A stretch of DNA of 61,361 nucleotides from a virus. Its lineage: Duplodnaviria > Caudoviricetes. The DNA is taken from IMG/VR virus record IMGVR_UViG_3300032285_001526, positions 1 to 61,361 of that record. One strand, given 5' to 3'. Positions 37,014-47,500 of the stretch are shown piece after piece. The position numbers and the translations under genes were made by a program. The first letter of the stretch is position 1. The number at the start of each line of letters is the position of its first letter. The notes beneath the pieces are model-generated. The model was not told the DNA's origin. It saw only the letters and a program-made list of their open reading frames with translations, and made no database searches.

Positions 37014-38274
37014 CGAAAACGCTCAAGTTTAGTTTATCCATTTTATCAATCTGTTCGCGCACCTGCTCAATTGCGCCAGTCTTACCTTCGAGGTAGTACC
37101 CCTCAACAAGCTCTGCGTTTTCTAGCGCATGATCGAAGGCTTCCTCAAGCGTATTCCCAAGCCCGACAACTGCGCCGATCTCTGGCAGACCGCAGCTCTG
37201 AGGGACTACGAAGTATCCCCGGTCGTCCTTGTAGATGTTGCGGAGTTTAACGTAATCGCGGATCTCCTCGGGGAAGCGCACTGGTTGCCAGTTCTTGTCG
37301 GCAAAGGACGAGTGCAGCATAATCTCAGCCCCGTACTTGGCAACAGGCTCAGGATCGATCACAATGCCGTTTGCCCCGGCCCAGATGCAGTCAGCAAGGT
37401 TCTTATACTGCTCCTGATAAAGCTCGTTAGGAGGCGAAGGAGCCCGGGCGCAGAAGTCAATCATGTAAGGCTCGTGATCGGCCCCGATACGGATCTCGGT
37501 GGAGAAAAAGCCCCGGTAGCCGTAAGCCTCGAACACAGGCTTCATCCGCTCGTTAAACCGGGTCAGCGGCTCAGGAAGGTCTTTGTAGTTCTTGAACACA
37601 CTAGCAAACCCGCAGTCCTTGATTTCGAGCCCAGAGATGAGCTTCGAGGGGAACTTGCCGTCGATGGTCCACGCATCCGTACCGAACTCAACTTTGTCTT
37701 CGAGAGCATCCTCCACCGTAAATTCGATGATATCCTTGAACCTGCCGAGCGACCACTCGACCTCGTCCAGTTTAGGCTCCACAAGGTCGTAGTTGATGGA
37801 ATGAAAAGTCTCAAACGTGCCCCTGTATTTGTCGGTTTTGACGTAGACATTGTCGTGCTCCCGTAGGTAATCGCGGAGAGCAGCCATCCCTTTGACGTGA
37901 GCGAACTTGCCCACTGGGAGCCCCAGTTCCTGAATAATGGCTTTCATGCCTTCGCGTTGAAGTTCAAGGCACTCCCCGGTGCGGGAGCCCCAGACCACCT
38001 TGCCTTGCTTGAGTAGGTGCTCTTGCTCGTATCCAAAATAGATGTCGGGGAAGCAGAATAGGTCCACCTCGTCGTAGTGAGGGCCATAAATTGAGTCTAC
38101 AAGCTCCAGCTCATCGATACCCATCCCGATCTTAGCAAGATTAAGCCGGGGGAATGCCGACTCCCAAGGGACGTAGTAATACACCTTCTTGTAAGTCTTT
38201 GCGAGCTTGATTGCCAGCTCGCAGAACAGCCCGTTGTCAACAACAAGGCACACTACGTCTTTAGGGTCTTTCAT
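37003..38274 (-). CDS. PurD-like ATP-grasp ligase
   Basis: VWGS...LE..R..K.....GLP, VYVK, GYRGFFSTE, IDFCAR, V.GLGNTLEEA; lacks the PurD GSGGREH motif. Confidence 0.8.
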   Translation of the reverse strand: MKDPKDVVCLVVDNGLFCELAIKLAKTYKKVYYYVPWESAFPRLNLAKIGMGIDELELVDSIYGPHYDEVDLFCFPDIYFGYEQEHLLKQGKVVWGSRTGECLELQREGMKAIIQELGLPVGKFAHVKGMAALRDYLREHDNVYVKTDKYRGTFETFHSINYDLVEPKLDEVEWSLGRFKDIIEFTVEDALEDKVEFGTDAWTIDGKFPSKLISGLEIKDCGFASVFKNYKDLPEPLTRFNERMKPVFEAYGYRGFFSTEIRIGADHEPYMIDFCARAPSPPNELYQEQYKNLADCIWAGANGIVIDPEPVAKYGAEIMLHSSFADKNWQPVRFPEEIRDYVKLRNIYKDDRGYFVVPQSCGLPEIGAVVGLGNTLEEAFDHALENAELVEGYYLEGKTGAIEQVREQIDKMDKLNLSVFDED

Positions 38275-38546
38275 TTGCAGTTCCAGCGTTTGAGTGATGC
38301 AGCCTTCCTAGTGGGGCGACCTTTCTCGTCTTTCATTGGCCCGGGCATACCACTCATACGGGCGCAGAATGACCGTTTGCGGCCTGCGTCAGCTTTAGTC
38401 TTAGGATGAGGCGCGGGAGCCTTGAGGTTGCTGCCTGTAGCCTTGTTGATTTTGGCGCGGCCTTTTGCGGTGAGGCCAGCTCCCCGGGATACAGGGAGCT
38501 TGTCGCCTTTGGCTACGGAAAGCTTTGGAGTTTTGGATGATTTCAT
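38271..38546 (-). CDS. Small basic conserved phage protein (DUF6321-like)
   Basis: GLTAKGRAK.N..TGSNLKAP...R.RSFCARM...LKRWNC. Confidence 0.8.
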   Translation of the reverse strand: MKSSKTPKLSVAKGDKLPVSRGAGLTAKGRAKINKATGSNLKAPAPHPKTKADAGRKRSFCARMSGMPGPMKDEKGRPTRKAASLKRWNCK

Positions 38547-38549
38547 TCG

Positions 38550-41500
38550 TTAATATTTTGAGCCAAAGGTAACTGCATCTAAGATTTGCTTTGCTAACTC
38601 TGGAGTGATGCCGAGAGTTCTGAGTTGGTCTGGCGTGGCTGTTCCCAACTCTTTGACAAAGGTATCAATTCCTCGGGCCAATAGTTTTCCACCTCCCATA
38701 GAATCCCCTGAAGCTGCTCCACTGTCGGAGACTTGTCCCCCAGCTTCGCCACCTCCTGCCCCACGAATTTGGCTAGAAGCTCGGCTTGCTGCTCTCCGAG
38801 AGCTTGCAACCTTTCCTCTGAGTATGCTTGATCCAGTCGGGTTGCTAACAGGTTTTGTTCTGACTCCTTCATGTTTCATGTAAACCAGATCAGGCATCTT
38901 TTGTCCATCCCAACCTTGAGCCGTCCATTGTGCTTTCAGCGCAGCTTCTTTTTTGTCCCGAGCTGCTTCCACTTGAGCTTTTTGCTCTGGAGTAGCGTTT
39001 TCTGGCATAGCAACAAGGAACTGCTTATCGTATGGAGAACGGTCGTATTCCACCCACCCGTGGCGAGCATACAACGAAGGCAACAACTCAGCGTTCCTTC
39101 CAGCAATATTCACCCCGTAACAGTCGAGGTTTGTAGCTCCCTCTTGAAGAGCCTTTGCCATCATAAGGTTTAACATCCCACCGAGCCCAGAGTTGTTCAT
39201 TACGCCAACCAGTTCTTTCCCACCATCTTTCCGAGCTTTTAACCCAAACCAAACATCGTTCTCTGGAAGCGTGTATAATGACATTTTTCCAGATTTGATA
39301 TCCTCTTTCAAAATGGACGGGTCGTATTGAGTCAGCGTCTCAGCAGCCTCATTCCGCTTGATTGCGTGCAAAAACTCAGTCATCCCTGCTGTCTTTTGCC
39401 CTGCAATTGCAGTCCAATTATCTGTGATGGCAGCAGCCATTGCGCGAGCAACAGCAGGATGCGTTTGCAGGTTTTGAGCCTCATTTATTGACCCCATCAC
39501 CTGCGGGTTAAGCTTTTGAGCAGTGATGCCCGTTGGGATTCGGCCTTGATAGGCGTAATCCGGGCGAATGTCATACCGTTCAGCGGTGCCTACTGCCTTT
39601 TCTGCAACTCTCCTTGCCTCCAACGCATCATCCATCTGCTTCTCTATGTCTGGAGATTTCTTTAGGATTTTGGAGATGGCCGAATTCAAAGATTTAATAG
39701 AAGCCTTGTATTCAGCAACTTTGGTTTTATCTGGAGTGTTTTTTGCAGACTCTCTCTTTAGTAGTTTTTCCGCTGCCGCAAGCCCTTCGCGAGCGGAAGT
39801 AAGCTCTTGATACTTGTCTCCAATCTTCAGTTGCAAATTGGAAAGAATACCTTCTTTAGCCGCTAAATCTCCCTGCGCTTCTTGAATCTTTGCTGGCTTG
39901 TTTTCAGCAACGTATTCTTTGATCTGCCTAATTGGATCAGGCATTCCAACATCAAACGGCACTGGAGTCTGAAAGTGAGCAATCATCTTGCCCGGAAGCA
40001 CTGTGTTGTAAGTAAGGTGCTCTGGAACTCCAAGATCAGCAGCCGACAAGTCATCTCGCAGTTTCCACTTTGTCTCTCCAGTATCGACTTCTTTTGCGTC
40101 TTTCCCCCGGCCTTGCTTTTCCATCACAGGCACCTGTTTAGCCATCCGATCAATGTCGATTAAAAGCATCGAAAGAAGGTTTCCTGAGTCAATTCCGTGG
40201 TAAGAAGCGTCTCTTGTTTCTCTGAGAGTGCGCTCAGAAATTGGAACCCCCATTTCTTGAGACTCTTTCTTTGTGAGAGCTTTTACAATTGCAGCCCGAG
40301 ATTCAAAGGATAGCCCAGAAAAATACTCGTCCATCTGAGGGCTATTCAAATCAGGGAATTCAGACAGGCTTACCTTTTCACCCTTGATGTTGCGAATTTC
40401 ATTTGCCAATGCATTTGCTGCCGCAGGACTAACTTGTCCAGAATTAACAGCATTAGCAACTTCCTTCATAAAAACCCGGCCAAAGTTTTTATTTGCCTGA
40501 TGGGCAGTTTGAGACATTGAGAACGGAGAAACAATTGCCCAATGTTTGCCGTTTTTGTCTTTCCAAATTGACCCCGTCTTAACAAGGTCACCAAGGATTG
40601 ATTCAACCCCTTCCCGAGTTGATGACCAAGCCGCAGTCATATTGTTGCCGTCGTAATTCATCACTGGATACGCTGGACCACCCTGCATCTCGACTCCTTT
40701 GTATTGCCCGCCTCCTCCGAGAAGGTCTGCCATAATTGGCAAAAACGGCTTGTCTGCGTATTCGTCTGGAATCTTGCTAGGAATACCCTTTGCCTTAGCC
40801 ATTGTGTTGGCTGGCACAATACTCTGAACAAACTGCCGTTGAGCTTGTTTTTGTTCTTCAGTTACAGGCTCTTTTGTAAGGTCGTTTTCTTTGCCAGCAA
40901 CAGTTTTTGATGGCATGAACCGAGCCTGCCCACCAGAAACAGATTCAGACATTTCTGGAGTGATGTTGACCTTCCAGATTTGCTCCTGTCCTTTGCTTAA
41001 AGCATTTCGAGCGTCGTCAGCTTCAATGTAAGACTTAAATGGGCCAACCCCGGGAACCCTTTTGCCAAACGATCCTTCGTTGAGCCAGTAGTCAGTTCCA
41101 TCAAACCCTACCGCAAGCCCTTTCATCCCCTTGTCAGGGTTTGGAATTCCGCCTTTCTCGACTTTTGCACCCCACTGCTTCACATACTTTCCAATCTCTT
41201 TTGGCAGGATTGTGTCGTAGAAGCCAATCATGCCTTCGCCGCCGAGCTTTAAGTCAACGCCCTTTAATGCATGAACCTGTTTGCGAGACCCGATTGTGTA
41301 CGGCTCTGTGGCAAGTAGCTTTTCAGCAACTTCTTTGCCTACATAGTCAGCAATTTTCTCCCTTGGAACAGCTTGGTTAAAAACTTCATCTCCACTGAGA
41401 TCGAACGCTAACAATGTCTGAGTTAATGGCAAGTATTCAACTGCACTGACTTTATTACTCAAATCATACCGTTCAGCCTGCGCCTCGCCCCCAGTCCAAC

Positions 41501-44500
41501 CAACCCACTGTTTGCCGTCAGCGACAGCTTTCTGGAGTGCGTGCTTAAATAACTGGAGAGGCCAATCTTTTCGGAACGGAGCGTCTGCAATACCTTCCTT
41601 GGATAGGCTCGCTGCTTTTTGAATCACTTCCTCTTCAGTCCTCCCGCCGTATGTTCCAAGATCTCTTCCGTTTGAAGAAAGCACAATCCAGCCAGATGCG
41701 TCTGGGTTTTCTGAATCGTACTTAAAGTTGTACGCTTTCCATCCTGTTGTGTCTGGAAGTCTTTCGTAACCTTTTTCTCGCGCCTCCTTATGCAGGTCAG
41801 ACTGCAACTCTTCAATCAGCCTGCCGTTACCAAAGTCTGCCGTCCGCATATGGGCGACATAGTTTGAAACGTCAGGGAAGTGGCTTGAGGTGTAGTCTAC
41901 TCCGGGCATGCGGAGTACGATTTCTTCGTAGTTTGTGCCTCCGGGAAGCGTGTATTGGGAGTATTGAGCGTCCTCTACGTCACCCTCGCTAATTGTAGTT
42001 TCATCTTCAGCAAGGCTGCGAAAGTAATCATTTAAATCTTTGCGAGCTGCTTCTTCTGTTTTGTAATACTCTTCAGGCCTAAAAATTGTTAATCCATAAC
42101 TGTTTTTTTGTTCTCGGGTTACATGATCATAGTTTTGATCAATAATAAACCATCCTTTAGGCGTATAATCTTCATCGTTTGATTCATCTAAAATAACATC
42201 ATAACCAGCGTAATCATTTAGCATTTCAATGTGATTTTCGATGCCGTTTTCTCTGGCTTTTTCAGCTTCTTCTTTTGAAGAAAAATGTTCAGTATTTCCG
42301 TCAGAGTATGTGACAAAATACTCTTTGCCGTCTTTCATCGTCTGCGTCTCAAATTTCGCAGCGTAGCTGTCCTTCAAGAACCGCTTAACGTCGTCCTTTG
42401 TCACAAACCCCTTCTCTGCCTGCATCGAGTCAATAAACTGATTGATGCCACTCCATTTCATTTCGTCGGGCTTCACGCCGCTGCCCTTCTGTGGGTCTAG
42501 AATGCCCTTAAGCTGCTCTGCGCTGGCTCGATTAGGCATCTTGTCCAACAGAACCCTACCTGCTTTGCTGTAGAACCCGGGGGCGACCATTGTTGGGTCT
42601 TCCTCACGCTCAGGCATGAATCGAATGCCAGCCTGCTCTTGTTGTGGAATGCCGCCTTTTAGCTTGTCTATCTCAGACCCGATATAAGCAGAGTCATCAG
42701 CCTTCTCAGCGGGAATAATGCGAGTTTCAATGCCGTTTCTTTCCAGTGTGGAAAGCACTTCCGGGTCAACATTGTCCGGCACAATGGCTCCCTTAAACTC
42801 ATTAAGCTGCACGATGCGTTGTGGCTTTGCTTCAAAGTATTTCACTGGAGAGGCAGACATTGCATCCGCAGCGGAAACAGCTTGTTTCACGACCTCGCTA
42901 GGCACATTAGTGAACCCCATTTTACTCAGGGTCTGCTTCATCCTAGATTCCCCGCCTGCTCCGCTTCTGTAGTAGGCACCCAGAGCTGCCATTGATTCGT
43001 CCAATGCATCCCACGTTGCGCCTTTGTAATAAGGCACCATTGCGTCCCTGTAATCTCGCAGCACCTCAGAGACCTTATTGCGAGCTTCGTTGACTTCTGC
43101 CTCAGAACGAATACCCCAAGGTGCCTCGGCAGTATTGCGCATTTCCTGCAAAGAGCCGAAACGCTTTGCCATTTGAGCAGCAGTGAGTCCTGTGGATTGG
43201 GTCATCGATTTTTCGACGCCAGCAATCTTTCCGCTCGTCATTACCCGGGCAATATTTTCAAGCGTGTACGGTTCCCACTTTCCAGCAACACGAATGCGCG
43301 GAGCTTCGTACATGCCTTCGATAGTGTTCTCGACCCACTTGTAAAAATCAGACTCTTTGCCAGCCAACTTTTGATCCAAAGCTTTCTGCGTTTCAGCCGC
43401 ATCAATTTCTGTTTTTCCGTAGTTGCGAACATCAGCTTCAAGCCTTGATATTGCGCCAACAGTCGCCTGCCCGTCTTCGCTTACAAACCTGTTTCCAATC
43501 CGGGTCGCTTTACCCTTCATTTCCTCTGGATAAACCTCATCAAACCCGGCTCTAATTGCATCACCGAGTGCCTTGCGCCCCTCAATGTCATTGTAGTTGA
43601 CGTCCTGAATAGAGTTTTTTGACATCCACTCTTTCATTGGAGCAGTGTCCAATATCCCAAGGTCTTGAGACACAGTGCGCATCACTGGCTCAGGCGCAGC
43701 ATCCCCGAGGTACGTTGCTTTGGCTACGTTTGACTTTTTCAGCTTGTTAACAGCTTCCTCTGGGTTGGGTCTGTTGACCGCATTGTCCCAAATGATGTCA
43801 GTAACATTGTCCCCGTATGAACTGCTGAACTTGCCTTGGGCAGGCTTGAACAAATCAATGGTCTGCTGTGCTTTCTTTGTTTTGACCCTTGGATACTCAG
43901 GCTTTGGAAACCGCTGCGTGTAAGCGTCTCCGCTGTATACGGGATTGGTTTTAGGATCTACTAGATCGCGTCCGCCAACCAAAGTGATGTTTCCAAACCC
44001 TTGAATTCCAGTGCCTGCCTTAACCACTGCAACGGAAGGCACAGCAAGCCCTCCCATCTTGTCAGCGAACAACAATGCATCGTCTGAAATCTTGTGAATT
44101 GCAGACATCTTGTACGGCTGAGATGTCTCCGTTTTTGGAAAACTGCCTTCAGCGTGATGGTACTCCTCATCAGCAGGGGCAGGCATGAACCGCACTTGCG
44201 CTGCCTCTGGCTGAACAGTTGCCTTAATCTCTCCAGTGCCATTCGGGTCGTACTCAGCAGACACAGCCTGCAAGCCTTTTAGGATGCCTGCGCCAAATCC
44301 CACTGGCTCCTTAAGCCGAGGCTCACGCTCGCGCATAGCCTCTTCTTTGGCGGGCATCAGGTTGTACAGAGCCTTGCCGTAGTTCACCCGGAATGGGGCA
44401 TCGCTGCTCCTTTCGAGGTCGTGAAAACGATCAACCCGGTACGAACGAATCAACGTGTTAGGGTCAGAGCTTTCCTCATCCAGTTTCTCAGCTTTAGTCA

Positions 44501-47500
44501 GCCTACGAGGCGGACGCTTCATCGTGCTCCGGGCAGGGTTTGCCAGCAATGATTCAGGCTCTGTCTTCCTAAAGATGTTCAGGAAGTCGTTAACGCGATT
44601 CTTCTTTGCGATGGCAATGTTTGAATCGGAATCCAGCCCAGTCTCCCCGGGGAGCCCAGCAGGAGCACCTTCACGAGGCTTCCAGTTGTCCAGCACTTTA
44701 CGGACATCTGTCATAAATGCATCCCCATCGCCTTGCCACAGGTTCAGCAGTTCTGGAGTGTCACGCTGCCAACGACGCAGCTTTTCACGCATGCCCGTTT
44801 TCGAGAACATGTTGAAAAGGATGTTTCCGTCTTTCGACATTTTCATGCCGAGCGGAACAAAGTCTACAATCTTTGGCGCAAACGATTTGTAGCGTCCGTA
44901 GCGGTCCATTGCTTGACCGTATAGGCCAATCATCCCTTCGCCTTCATCTCGCACCAGTAGGTCGTTAAATTCGAGGATTCGACGCTTCAGCCCATACGGG
45001 ATAATCGTCTCTGGTAACCGCTTGATTGCTTTGACCTGCTCTGGAGACAAAATGCCACCAAATGATAAGCCGTCAGCAGAAGTGGCGGACATACGGCCCG
45101 GGTACTCCTTGTCTGGAGCTGATTCTAATGCCTCGCGGATGATCCGAGCCCGCTCGCGCCCCAGTGCCTTTGCCTGATCTGGAGTCAACGCTGCCAGTCC
45201 CCCGGAAGCATCACGCTTGATTCGGGAGGTGATCTTTAACTTTCCACCTTTTGGCAACTGAACATCATGCAACTCGGGCGGGACAGTGCCGTACCCGGAA
45301 GTTTGCCTCAACTCAGAGTCGCCAGTGTCTGTCGTGGAATGCTCAAACGTACCCTCCATTGCGCCCGGGTCAGTAATGACGTGAGACGATACGACATTCC
45401 CGTTTTCATCAACAACAGTCGCAACCTTTTCAGTGGCAAAGAACCCATCTCCAAACTGCTTTGCTACAGCCTCATTTGCCTTGAGTTGCGTCTCGGTGAT
45501 CGGAGCGTGCGGGATAATCTCAGCCGCATTAATATCTCCGTTCAGTTCAGCAACCGCTTTGAGTGCCTTGCGAGTTGCATCAACCTGATCTTTAGAGAAG
45601 GTAACGCCGACAACAGACGAGTCCCAAGGTTTTGTTTCAGTAAGCCCAAAAGCGTCTCGAATTGACCTGACCGTTTTTTGGTTCTTGTTCTTAACCGTTG
45701 CCCAATCAACAAGCGGAGCCAACCAAGGCTTTGGCGATTCCCCGAGCTTAATCCCGCCTTGCGCCCCTCCCTGAATCAATTCGGCCATTACCTCGGCTTT
45801 CATATAAGAAGCCGTTTTAGCGGGGTCTATGTCGTTTGTTTTAACGTCCCAAAGCCCGGTAAGCTTTGCAAGGTGCTCCCAGCCTCCCTGAACCCCTTTT
45901 GCGTAAACATTCTTGAATTTGTTTACAAGGTCTTCGGTAGATAGGATGCCAGCGTCTCCACTGATAAGGTTGCCTCTTTCATCAAACCGTTGATCACCAA
46001 ACAAGTCTTTGATGGTCTGTGCGTTTGCCTCTCTGAATTCTTTGGAGTTCCAAAAAGAGTGCCCGGCTTCGTGCCCTACAGCATTGAGCACAGATTCCCC
46101 AGTGCCCATCCTGCGTTTAACAGCATCAATATTGACGTTCAGACGCTCTTTGTAGGGAGTGTATAAGTCGATGGTCTTGCCACTTGAAAGACGATGCTTG
46201 CCACCGTTCTCTGCCTCAAAAGCAATCTGTCCAGAGTTGGCCAACAGGTGATTAACCACCTCAACTTTTTCAAGGTCTGTGAGCCCCTTATCCTTGTTGT
46301 TTTCAAGCACCTCATTGACTAGTTGAGGCGTAGTGGTCATCCGCAGCTCAACATTCCTATTGGTAGTAGAGCCGTTGAGAGCAGTCATCAAATCAGCGAG
46401 CCCAATCCGAATCTGATCTGCATACATCTGCCGGGTCTCTGCATTTGCCTTCTCGGCATTCTGAAGCATTGCCCTGCGTGTTTTAGCAATCCGCAGTGTG
46501 TAGTCAGCATCCTCTTTTGCTGCTGCAATTTTGTTTTCAGGCTCACCAGTGTTAACTGCGTTGACGAGTTCTTGCTGCGCTAAAGCATGTTCTCCCACTG
46601 CATTTTCAGTCAGAGCTTTAAGAGACTGGACGTAATTGTCCCAGTTTGCAAATTCAGTGACATGCTGCTTTGTTGCTCCATCAAGGCCATCAAACCATTT
46701 TGCCGCACCAGCCCGTTGACGCTTTTGATTGGCTTCGTATCGAGCGTGAGAGACCCCAGACATATTGCCGAGCACCTCGCCGCCAACGTGAAAAAACACG
46801 CCTTGCCCCATCAGGTCAGCAATCTCTTCCGGGTTCTTGTTTTCGAGGATACCAACAGCCGCTGCCAGCGTAGCTCCGTGGACTCCGCCCCGGGCCATCT
46901 CAACAGTATTCTGAGCCATCCAGTCTAGAACTTTTGCAGCAGGAATAGATTTATCCGCCAGCCACTTTTGAGCAGCCGGGGTCATCCCAAGCTCACCAGC
47001 TTTTTCAGTCGCAGCTTTGGCCCCAGCTAGAAATCTGCCTTCAGCACCAGCAGCAAGCCTCCCACCAGCTAGAGCTGACTCCATCAGTCTCGGGGTCTGT
47101 AACGCTGCACTGCCTAACTTTAGTGTGGTTGCTCCGAGCAATCCTTCACCAAGCTTAGAAGCTGGCACACCAATGAATTCAGGAATCTTTTCAAGTGCGC
47201 CTTTAGTCTTTTCTGTGCCGACTTCAATAGCGTTTGCCAACCCTCCAAATCCTCGTTCAAACACCCCGGGCTTCTGAGAGTCCTTGATCTTTTGTAGGTC
47301 TTGCTCGAAAGCTTTTGCGACCGCTGCTCTGTCAATTTCAGCAAGCTGCGCCTCGGTCTTTCCAATTCTACTAGCAGCTTTTGCTCCTTGGCCTAATGCT
47401 TGAAATGCTTTGCCGTAAACATCAAATGGATTCAACCCAGCCCTGCCGTAGCTAAGAGCTTCGGTGATATCTGCCTCGGGAACCATCTGCGAAGCTTCCT

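Noticed and set aside
37003-38274. Bona fide purD auxiliary metabolic gene
   Set aside because: PurD substrate-binding motifs are altered and no other purine genes are present; gene symbol withheld
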